Source of the DNA: a virus
Virus record (IMG/VR): IMGVR_UViG_3300037313_000284
Coordinates: 1 to 64,000 of that record
Length of the DNA stretch: 64,000 nt
Strand: one strand, 5' to 3'
Shown here: positions 36,525-44,586 of the stretch, in pieces
How positions within the stretch are numbered: the first letter of the stretch is position 1
Layout of the letters: every line of letters begins with the position of its first letter
The notes under the pieces: generated by a model
What the model was told of the DNA's origin: nothing
The model's database searches: none
What the model saw: the letters and a program-made list of their open reading frames with translations, nothing else
Made by a program: the position numbers and the translations under genes

Positions 36525-37273
36525 GATTGACCTTTCCAGTTTACTAAAGCTCGATAGACCTTCGGGTCTAGATCGGTCTTGAATGCTTTAGCCAAGGTTT
36601 TTAATCGTGCAGCCTTGGCAATCAGATACAAAGCATGTGCCTCTTGAGGGGTATCACAAGTTCCCAAGTGCTTGAATTTACGATCAATCATAATTCTAGC
36701 CACAAAATTTCCGCTTTTAGTTAATACAACACCAGCGGGTAGTCGCGAGTTTACAGGCTTGCTGCGGTTGCTACTGCAACCAACACCAAGCAGTGTGGCG
36801 TTTATAGTATGTGGCACGAAGCAACAGTTACGAAGTGAATATTCCTTAGATGTAGGATTTAGTAAATCTTTGTCTAAGTCCCAACCTTCTTTGTCGTATC
36901 CGCGTAGCGTCTCAATGTCAGCCGCAAATTTTTGGAAATTATGCCATTTGGTATCAACCAATACACCATCATACGGCTTTAGTCTTAAGTCTGCATGATC
37001 GTAGCAGCGAATTAGCATATTTCGCCATAGAGAATAGATTCGGGAAATCTTTTTACCTTCCATTACCGCGTAGGGGCCTTCACCTAAGTACCCCGTACCC
37101 GCCACTGTCGGGTAATAAAGATCACTTACTTTGCCCTTGCGTATATTATTAGCAGCCGCGTAAGTCTTGCGTCCTGTGGTTAAGAATTTGACTCTAACCT
37201 TATGGCAATTAATATATTTTAGTATCTTAATGTCGCCACATACATTTGTGGAATAGATTGAACCCACTTCCAT
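36509..37273 (-). mobile_element. free-standing homing endonuclease (HNH-like) with a C-terminal AP2-like DNA-binding domain
   Basis: Y.LW.NM..RCY, W.NFQ.F..D, LDKD.L....K.YS..NC.FVP..IN, LPAGV...FVARI.....KHLG....EAH..Y; visibly more AT-rich than its flanks. Confidence 0.85.
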
Positions 37274-37308
37274 GATCTTACTTTCGACGCCTTGACCATG
37301 ATGCTATC

Positions 37309-38160
37309 CTAGAACAGGGAGCGAATGCCGCTAAGCGACTTCAGATTGTTGGCTAAGGATTGGTAGTCCTTAGTTTTTACAGCCATCTTGATCCGGCTGT
37401 ACTTGCTTTCGAAGCCGCTAGTAGCACTACGGACCGACGAGATAATATCACTCATACGTCCCAAATCGTCCGCCGTTAGGCCAACGTAACTGGCGAGTGC
37501 CGAGCGCTTGGACGTTATTAAGTCGAGCGGGCTTTTACCTGCCAAACCTTGACTGATATTCATCGTAGTGTAGCCGCCGTAGCGATCAGTTTCACTACCC
37601 ACGTTGATCGGCTGATCGGTGATACGGTTAATAATCGTAGCAATAATCGAGTCGGCGACGCTACCCATACCGGTAAACCGATAGCTAGTAGTCGAGTAAC
37701 AGAACACGCAGGGGCAGATGAGGATTTGCGCCTCGGCGCTACCTTCTAAGGTGTAACCGCCCACTTCGGCTAACCAGCAATCGTGGAAGGTAATAACCAT
37801 GGCCTCACGACCGATTTCGTCGTAGTGAATAGCACGAATGTCGAAGGTTCTACCGACGATATTGCCAGTGCTACTTTCAGAGAACGAGTCTCGAATAGCC
37901 ATGAGTTGCTGATAGGTCTGCGTACGCCTGTTCAGCGTAAACGTCATATTAACTTCGTTGCTACTAGAAAGCCTACGGCCCGGCCACGCCTTGGATTTAC
38001 CCATAAGCTCGACCCGGTATCTATTAATACCGGCGGAAGGGACTTCCAGCGTTGAAACCATTGGGCCTAGGTCTGGATAGTTGGCGATGAGGACGCAATA
38101 GTCAGCAGCACTCAGCGGAGAGAAGTTATTGTCGTAGTAGTCCAACGTAGCTTTAGGCAT
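37309..38160 (-). CDS. tail tube-like protein with a C-terminal extension
   Basis: N-terminus MPKATLD identical to the main tube protein; ITFHDCWLAEV...L motif. Confidence 0.65.
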   Translation of the reverse strand: MPKATLDYYDNNFSPLSAADYCVLIANYPDLGPMVSTLEVPSAGINRYRVELMGKSKAWPGRRLSSSNEVNMTFTLNRRTQTYQQLMAIRDSFSESSTGNIVGRTFDIRAIHYDEIGREAMVITFHDCWLAEVGGYTLEGSAEAQILICPCVFCYSTTSYRFTGMGSVADSIIATIINRITDQPINVGSETDRYGGYTTMNISQGLAGKSPLDLITSKRSALASYVGLTADDLGRMSDIISSVRSATSGFESKYSRIKMAVKTKDYQSLANNLKSLSGIRSLF

Positions 38161-38180
38161 AACTATCTCCTAAACCGACG

Positions 38181-38210
38181 AAAGGGCGGCGACTTGCGCC
38201 GCCGCCCTTT
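38181..38210 (-). terminator. intrinsic terminator after the tail tube gene
   Basis: Minus strand GGGCGGCGGC-GCAA-GTCGCCGCCC-TTT (GNRA loop, one G-U pair). Confidence 0.7.
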
Positions 38211-38216
38211 GCCTTA

Positions 38217-38756
38217 TTAACCGAGTGCTTGACCGGTAACTTTCCACCAATCGTAGCTAAACGGAACCATCCAGAGCGCACCTTGAGCATCCGACGTGGT
38301 ATCGAACTGAAGCTCAGGCATTTCCTGCGGCCACATGTTATGAATAGTAATCTCGATAGCGGTACGACCGGTGCTATCGAACACCTCCAAACGTCCAGTG
38401 GTCGAGTATTCCTTTTTATAACCGCCAGCGTTACCGGTACGCGTACCTTTAACGAATTCTTGCCACGGACGAAGCCAAGCAAGCACGCTAGCGTCAACGC
38501 GTTCAATAAACTGACCAGCAGCAGTGCCCGCGTGCGTAACAGTCGTACCGTAGTTCAACTTGTGACCGCCAGCGAAGCGTTGTTCAAACTTATTAATAGT
38601 GATGCCGGGGATGACGAATTGAGTGCAGTTAAGCGCAACGTCGCGTTCAATATCCAGGCCGGGCGAGCCGGGGACATTGGCTAACGTCAGCTTGAACGAC
38701 TCAAGCGTCAACGGGTCCGGCATATTGTCTTGTTGATCAAGGGTTGCCTTAGGCAC
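38217..38756 (-). CDS. major tail tube protein
   Basis: Directly follows the sheath; PDPL, IPG, F.E, W, YK.EY, NMWP.E..EL.FD and FSYD motifs. Confidence 0.8.
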   Translation of the reverse strand: MPKATLDQQDNMPDPLTLESFKLTLANVPGSPGLDIERDVALNCTQFVIPGITINKFEQRFAGGHKLNYGTTVTHAGTAAGQFIERVDASVLAWLRPWQEFVKGTRTGNAGGYKKEYSTTGRLEVFDSTGRTAIEITIHNMWPQEMPELQFDTTSDAQGALWMVPFSYDWWKVTGQALG

Positions 38757-38783
38757 AGGGCTCTCCTACTAAAATTGGGAAGG

Positions 38784-38808
38784 AGGGGAGGGTTAGTAAC
38801 CCTCCCCT
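38784..38808. repeat. perfect inverted repeat between the sheath and tube genes
   Basis: AGGGGAGGGTTA-G-TAACCCTCCCCT; no U-tract on the sense strand. Confidence 0.7.
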
Positions 38809-38813
38809 TTAGC

Positions 38814-41081
38814 CTAATCGATTTCGTTGACTTCGATACTAGCAATTCCGCCCGTGGACGTAACCGTCGTGCGAACCAGAATACGACGCATAGTACGAAC
38901 CGGATCAAGGATCACGTCAACGATGCGATTACCCTGTTCGATAATACCTGCCGGGTTATTATCGCCGTTAGAAACGATCTCGTACTCGGCAAGATCGCTC
39001 GGCTTATACGGCAGGAGGAACTTATCGATTGCCTGCGTTAAGGCAAACACTTCCACATCGGTGTTACCTTCGAAGACTTTCGTCTTAGAAAGCTGACGAA
39101 TCTTACCTTCGAGGAAACCAACGAGCCTAGTAATCGAGATAAACGAGAAGCCGCTGTCTTTGAACTGCGCCGTGGTGTCACCCCAAACAACAAAGGACAC
39201 GCCTTCGCGTTTAATGATGTTCATCTTCAGGCGAGCGAACAGATGCCCCTCTTGAGTCTCGTCATACTCGTAACGAACGTCAGTGGTATCGATTTGGCCG
39301 CGAGTTAATCCAGCCGGAGCCTTACCAACGCCGCGCGATTGATCGTTTTTACCGTAGACAACAGCAACGTGAGCCGAAGGCGGAACCCAAAGGTCCATAC
39401 CGGTGTACGGGTCTTGTTGCTTAACGTCAGGGAAGTAAATAGCGCCGAATTCACTATCCACCGCTAACTGTTGCAGGCGATAGTTAACAAGCGCTGCGTA
39501 CTTCTGATGCTCCGGAGGAACGTCGAGAATGGCTTCAGTGCCGTCATAACGCGTCTTAGCAACTTCGACCATAGCTTGTTGAATGCTAACGGCCGTATAG
39601 CCGGTATTAACAAGCACGTTGCAGGGATACTTCTGCGTGTTCTCAAACACCTTCCAGGCTTCAGCGAATTGCGCAGCCGAAGGAAGCGTGCCGTCCGAAC
39701 CTGCCGACAACCAAGTGATGCCCGTAGAAATCGCGCCATTGGCAGGATTAAACGGGATAACAACCGAACCGTCATCCGGAGCGTTAGGAATAACGCGGAT
39801 GATGCTCGAAGCGTTGGCACCTTTATTAACCACGTAGTCGATCTTTTGCTGCACGCCAAAAGCGTCGGCGACTTGCGCGAGATTAACGCGGTGACGTTCA
39901 GCGGCAACCGTGGGGTTATCCGTCGTATAGACTTCCAGATCGAAAGCGCCCGACGGACTAACACCCTTCACTTGTTGCGTGAAGGTAACCGCAGGCATCG
40001 AACCGGTAGAAGCAACGGAGAACACCGCGTCGGTCGAGGAACCACGCAGCATCGTAATAACGATTTCACGGTCGTTAGATTCGCCTAACGGACGCTTAGT
40101 AACCACAGCGGTATCAATGTCAACGTGTGCGGTCAGGGCCGCAGCAAGTGCCACTAGGAACGCGTCGCTCGGGGTGATGTTAGACACCGCGCTACACGCG
40201 ACGCCGTTAACAGTAACCGTCGTAGACGAAACGCTACCGACTGCACCAGCAAGCGTCATACGCACGACTTCTTTCGTGCCGACGTCTGCGTTAGTAAGCT
40301 TGTAGCCAATGCCCTTCGAATGCGCACCGGGGTTTTCAGCTTGCACGTAAAACAGCGGGGTTTGCTGCGAAGCGGCAGGCTGCGAAGCACCTCCAGTAAC
40401 CGTAACTCCACTAATTGCAATCTGTTGACCGGAGGGGCCGTAGATGCCAATCGTGCGAGCGTTCGTGCTACTAACTGCGTCCGTATCCATGACGGTGGCT
40501 TTACCGTCGCTACCCAACGAAGCAAGGCCAGCTTCAATAGCAGTAGCTAACGCGGCTAGCGTGGCGTCGTTATTGGTCGCGAAGTTAACCGGACCAACCG
40601 CCACAACTTGGCTATCAGCAATGATATTCAAGTTGATCACGTTGCTGGTAACCAGAGGACCATCGAACGTTAAGGCAATATAGCTAGGGCCGGTCGGAGT
40701 AATGCCGGTCGAAGGATCACTTTCCGCAGGGAAAGCCGAACCCGTCGAAGGGTACTTGTCAGCCGTGACCGTGTTATTAGCAGCGTCCGAGAGAATCGCC
40801 GCACCGCCGTATTTGGCGTTATTAACAACACGATTGAAGATTACCGGGAAACCAGCCTTCAGGATCGTGCGCGCGCCGTAGTGAGCGTAGCTAACCTTAG
40901 GGTTAGGACGACCGAACATGGCGTCAAGTTGTGCCGGACTCGTCAGCATGACGGGCTTGGTAGGACCCTTAAGCGAATAACCGGTAATGGCCGCAACCAT
41001 TCCACCGGTAGCCGAGATAAACGAAGATTGATCCCGACGTTGGCTATAAGCGCCCGCAGCCTCAGGAAAAAGAATAGTCAT
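38814..41081 (-). CDS. tail sheath protein
   Basis: G.S.KGP..PV.LTS......FG.P, AENPG, VPPSAHVA, APAGL.RG, VWGD.T and RL..F.E. Confidence 0.92.
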   Translation of the reverse strand: MTILFPEAAGAYSQRRDQSSFISATGGMVAAITGYSLKGPTKPVMLTSPAQLDAMFGRPNPKVSYAHYGARTILKAGFPVIFNRVVNNAKYGGAAILSDAANNTVTADKYPSTGSAFPAESDPSTGITPTGPSYIALTFDGPLVTSNVINLNIIADSQVVAVGPVNFATNNDATLAALATAIEAGLASLGSDGKATVMDTDAVSSTNARTIGIYGPSGQQIAISGVTVTGGASQPAASQQTPLFYVQAENPGAHSKGIGYKLTNADVGTKEVVRMTLAGAVGSVSSTTVTVNGVACSAVSNITPSDAFLVALAAALTAHVDIDTAVVTKRPLGESNDREIVITMLRGSSTDAVFSVASTGSMPAVTFTQQVKGVSPSGAFDLEVYTTDNPTVAAERHRVNLAQVADAFGVQQKIDYVVNKGANASSIIRVIPNAPDDGSVVIPFNPANGAISTGITWLSAGSDGTLPSAAQFAEAWKVFENTQKYPCNVLVNTGYTAVSIQQAMVEVAKTRYDGTEAILDVPPEHQKYAALVNYRLQQLAVDSEFGAIYFPDVKQQDPYTGMDLWVPPSAHVAVVYGKNDQSRGVGKAPAGLTRGQIDTTDVRYEYDETQEGHLFARLKMNIIKREGVSFVVWGDTTAQFKDSGFSFISITRLVGFLEGKIRQLSKTKVFEGNTDVEVFALTQAIDKFLLPYKPSDLAEYEIVSNGDNNPAGIIEQGNRIVDVILDPVRTMRRILVRTTVTSTGGIASIEVNEID

Positions 41082-41105
41082 TAGTATCTCCTGATGGGAT
41101 AATAT

Positions 41106-41369
41106 TTAGTCGTCAGCGCGGGCAGATTTGCCAGACGAAGGCGACGGGGCGGGAGCGGGTTCAGGGGCCGCTACAGTTTTCGGCGCAAGGTGCGCTGCGT
41201 AGTCGAAACCCAACACTTCAGCGTGAGAAAGCGGCGGCAATTGGAATTCAATAAAACGCGCCTCAACTTCGTGCGTGCTAAGCGGGGGAACTTGAGTGGA
41301 GTCACCGGCGGCATCGAACAGATGCAGCGCGACGACGAGCTTGTTTTTCACAGGATAAGTAGTGGGCAT
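41106..41369 (-). CDS. small virion-associated protein
   Basis: 87 aa with a Pro/Ala tail; N-terminus (Y.VKN) weakly resembles the anchor family. Confidence 0.55.
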   Translation of the reverse strand: MPTTYPVKNKLVVALHLFDAAGDSTQVPPLSTHEVEARFIEFQLPPLSHAEVLGFDYAAHLAPKTVAAPEPAPAPSPSSGKSARADD

Positions 41370-41372
41370 TTA

Positions 41373-41747
41373 TTAACTCCAAACGACCAAAACGTTTGTG
41401 TTGAAGGTTTCGGCAGTAGTAAGTTCTATCGTAACTGGAGCGTCCAGGCTCATCATAAATACACGGTCTACAACTTGCGTGTAGAAAGTCGTATCTGCGC
41501 GAATGACTTTAACAGTCACTTTGCCGGACGTGCGTAACCACACGAAGCTCTTAACTACTAATTCGATAATGGTTGCGGGTGGATTATTCCCGACGCCTGC
41601 CGGTGACAACACCGCCTCTTGTCGGTTACCGCTAGGTGTCGCTGCAAAACCAATACGCGTGCTATCTAGCTTGCGGCGGCTACCTTGCGACACCCCGAAT
41701 AGCTTAATATCTAAGCCAATTGCATTGGTGGTGTTTAGTCTAGCCAC
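41373..41747 (-). CDS. hypothetical beta-rich structural protein
   Basis: GGAG RBS with a GTG start; lies in the structural operon. Confidence 0.55.
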   Translation of the reverse strand: MARLNTTNAIGLDIKLFGVSQGSRRKLDSTRIGFAATPSGNRQEAVLSPAGVGNNPPATIIELVVKSFVWLRTSGKVTVKVIRADTTFYTQVVDRVFMMSLDAPVTIELTTAETFNTNVLVVWS

Positions 41748-41758
41748 TTAAGTAACTC

Positions 41759-42460
41759 CTACGGCCAGTCGTCTACATCAGCAGCGGGGATAGTGATCTC
41801 TTCCTTCACCGTGTCGGGCTCACCTTCAACCTGCACACGTTCAATGATTGCTTTGAACTTCGGCACACTACTAATTCGAGCAGCAATCGTGGTGATTGTT
41901 ACCGATACTGCGGTGCTATACATGCGATTGATAAAGCTAGAAGAAGATTCGCTTTGCTCTATTGGATCAGTCCAGTCAAAGCGCGGCTCCACACTGACTT
42001 TAATATCGAAACCTTTACCGTCATCCGTTAGCATGCAACGCCCACGTATGACAGGTGTCTCAATAGCCGAAGTAATCCAAAACAATAAATCGTCTAGCTT
42101 TTCAGCGTAGACGTTGGCTTGGCATTGCACTTCAACATAGGCCCCGCTAAGCCGATATCGTTGCCCGTTACTATCAGTTAAATTAACACCTGCCCGTAAC
42201 GCAGCTTGGTTACCGCCTTGAATATTAGTAGGTTTACCTAGGCTCGTGAACGTCGCTAAGGCGAACATATCCGGGTGTCGACCACCGCCTAATAGTAATA
42301 ACTTCTTTTCTTGGCTGTCTTCCTGCCAACGTCTACGTAATGCTGGAAAACGAGGTTGGTTATAACGGATAGGTATAGCGCCTAGAGAGGCGATGCCGAA
42401 AGCAAGACTGGACTTCAATGAAGTCGTCTCAACTTTAATGCTAGGTTGGGGATTGGACAT
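41759..42460 (-). CDS. tail terminator / head-tail joining protein candidate
   Basis: Lies between capsid and sheath; AAGGGG RBS before ATG 42460. The track start 42490 falls inside a terminator. Confidence 0.5.
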   Translation of the reverse strand: MSNPQPSIKVETTSLKSSLAFGIASLGAIPIRYNQPRFPALRRRWQEDSQEKKLLLLGGGRHPDMFALATFTSLGKPTNIQGGNQAALRAGVNLTDSNGQRYRLSGAYVEVQCQANVYAEKLDDLLFWITSAIETPVIRGRCMLTDDGKGFDIKVSVEPRFDWTDPIEQSESSSSFINRMYSTAVSVTITTIAARISSVPKFKAIIERVQVEGEPDTVKEEITIPAADVDDWP

Positions 42461-42478
42461 TGTTAACCCCTTAAACGC

Positions 42479-42511
42479 AGAAAGGGTCAAGGGCGGGGAG
42501 CCCTTGACCCT
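42479..42511 (-). terminator. intrinsic terminator downstream of the capsid gene
   Basis: Minus strand AGGGTCAAGGGC-TCCCC-GCCCTTGACCCT followed by TTCT. Confidence 0.7.
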
Positions 42512-42565
42512 CTTAACTCAATAACACGTCTCCGCAGCCGTATTAATAAGCTCTGACAAATTGGT

Positions 42566-42674
42566 GTTGGGACGAGAGGGTAACGACAACCTAAAGGTAT
42601 TCAGCGCGGCATACTGATCCGCATTTACTATCCTTTAAGCTCTCAAAAGATCGTTACCCTCTCACTTCCCCAAC
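42566..42674 (-). ncRNA. candidate structured RNA (rod-shaped) in the capsid-gene 3' region
   Basis: Perfect 13-bp helix 42574-42586/42651-42663, plus outer and inner helices whose G-U pairs work only on the minus strand. Confidence 0.5.
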
Positions 42675-42682
42675 GGAAGTTA

Positions 42683-43771
42683 TTACAGCTTGGCCGCGTA
42701 GGAAACGGCTCGGGCGTTGTGCATCACCATCGAGACAGTTTCTTCCATGTACCAGCCCTTACCGCTAACGCCTTGCGAGTTAGCAGCGTTCAGCGGCAGC
42801 GAAGTCACCGGACCACGGTCGGTATAACCACCGAGTTGATCCGGAGCGCCGAGCGCGAACACGTCGCCCTTCGACAGCACGCGCATCTTAGGATGGCGAT
42901 AAGCGTCAGTGATCAGGCCGAGGCCGAAGATCGAGCCAATGCGGCCCGTCTGAATGATTTCCAGCTTAGTAACCGGATCGAAGAAGTTATCCGGGAACTG
43001 ACCTTGGACCGTAATATCATTCAGGATATCGGTAGCCATCAGCAGGGTCGAAGCGGTAACGCCCCAAGCTTGCAGCGCGCCAACCAGATCGCCAAGATAC
43101 AGGTTGGAGAACGCACCCGACATATAGATCGTCGAGTTAGCAGCAGCCGAACCGGAAGCGGCGCGAGCCATCGCGTAGAACGTAGCATCTTCAGTCTTGA
43201 AGATTTGTTCCAGCGCGTCGAGATACGCGTTATCCAGCAGGTCGCCGGAACCTTGGTTCAGATCGTTAGTATAGACGTACGGCGACGCCTTAATCTGGAA
43301 CTCGTCGGTTTCGATGTACTTATCGCGAACGATGGACAGCGAGGTTTGCGTCGGACCCACGGCTTTAATAGCGCGAGCGTCTTTAACGCGAACTTCGAAG
43401 CGCGGGCGCGAGCCTTGCGCCACTTCACCGCGCAGCAGCAGATTGCGCATGAAACCTTCACGGTCAGCATGCTCAGTCAGCTTACCAGCGATAGTAGCGC
43501 CGATTTCACGCCACGCGACTTGATCGTCGTCAGCGTAAGCGGCGGCCAGCATTTCACGACGGCTTTGAGCGGTAGCAGCGGTCTCTTCCGAGTCGAGCAG
43601 CGCTTGTTCCGTAATAACTTGACCACTCGACATTTGGCCGAGCAGCGACGCAATCATGCGCAGGGCATCTTGCGGATTAGCAGCGTTCAGTTCATTTTGG
43701 TTGTTGAACATGCGCGAACCACGGAACAGTGCGTTCGGCGCAACAGTGGAACCAAGAAGACGGGGCTTCAT
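42683..43771 (-). CDS. major capsid protein
   Basis: 362 aa with strongly biased codons, downstream of the scaffold and decoration genes; REGFMR.LL..G..PRF, E.I...ED and G.IG.I.G...ITD HK97-fold-type pattern. Confidence 0.85.
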   Translation of the reverse strand: MKPRLLGSTVAPNALFRGSRMFNNQNELNAANPQDALRMIASLLGQMSSGQVITEQALLDSEETAATAQSRREMLAAAYADDDQVAWREIGATIAGKLTEHADREGFMRNLLLRGEVAQGSRPRFEVRVKDARAIKAVGPTQTSLSIVRDKYIETDEFQIKASPYVYTNDLNQGSGDLLDNAYLDALEQIFKTEDATFYAMARAASGSAAANSTIYMSGAFSNLYLGDLVGALQAWGVTASTLLMATDILNDITVQGQFPDNFFDPVTKLEIIQTGRIGSIFGLGLITDAYRHPKMRVLSKGDVFALGAPDQLGGYTDRGPVTSLPLNAANSQGVSGKGWYMEETVSMVMHNARAVSYAAKL

Positions 43772-43819
43772 TGTATCACCTTATAAATGGGTCGGTTACT
43801 GATTGCGAAGTTAGCGCTA

Positions 43820-44539
43820 TTACAGCACCGAAATGTCGAGACCCAGGAACGGGATATCGACAGACGGAGCACTAATAACTCGACCCTTCACGGTCGCGCC
43901 GGTGCCGCCGATTTGGAAGACGCCGTTAGCGCCAACCTTAATGGAGGAAGCCGGAGTCCAGCCAGCCCAATCGGCAGACGGATCGTAGTTGGTCGTGAAG
44001 ACCGTACCTTCTTCGATCACGCCGGTAACGCCGATAAGCGTCGGCAGGGTAGCAAACGTGGTCGGCGAGTTATCACCACCAAGTTGATACAGGTCAGCGA
44101 CAGTCGGGGCGTAGGTATAGGTAACTTCGAGTTCCTTACCCAGGTCAGCGGTGTTCACTTCAATGATGTTATTAGTGACAACACGATATTGACCGGCGGT
44201 GGGAGCACCACCAGCAGCCGTAAGCGCAACGCCCGTAGCCGTATAGATCACGCGCGGGGTACCCACGACGTTACGGTTAAGGACAATGCCCCACTGGCCC
44301 GAAGTAACCAGCACGACCTTAGCGCGGTAAACCAGCGGCGCGAGGGTAGGCGCGGTACGCTCGTTAAGAGCAACGCCAGCGAATTCTTCAGTGTTAGCAG
44401 AACCAACACCCGGCTTCACGGTCGGAACACCGTTAACGCGCACCGCGATCAGGCCAACGCCTTCTTCGATGCTAGTAACGCCAGAAGCGACGTCACGGTT
44501 ACGGGAGACGCGGATGCCGCACAGCGACAGATTAAGCAT
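43820..44539 (-). CDS. capsid decoration/cement protein
   Basis: Immediately upstream of the MCP; EEG..L, FAGVA, beta-rich, with the same codon bias. Confidence 0.65.
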   Translation of the reverse strand: MLNLSLCGIRVSRNRDVASGVTSIEEGVGLIAVRVNGVPTVKPGVGSANTEEFAGVALNERTAPTLAPLVYRAKVVLVTSGQWGIVLNRNVVGTPRVIYTATGVALTAAGGAPTAGQYRVVTNNIIEVNTADLGKELEVTYTYAPTVADLYQLGGDNSPTTFATLPTLIGVTGVIEEGTVFTTNYDPSADWAGWTPASSIKVGANGVFQIGGTGATVKGRVISAPSVDIPFLGLDISVL

Positions 44540-44586
44540 TTGTGTGCTTCCTACAATTAATAGGGTTTGTGACTAGTTGCTAACGC

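Noticed and set aside
36509-37302. Group I intron around the homing endonuclease
   Set aside because: There is almost no non-coding sequence for a ribozyme core, and the downstream gene has its own intact start.
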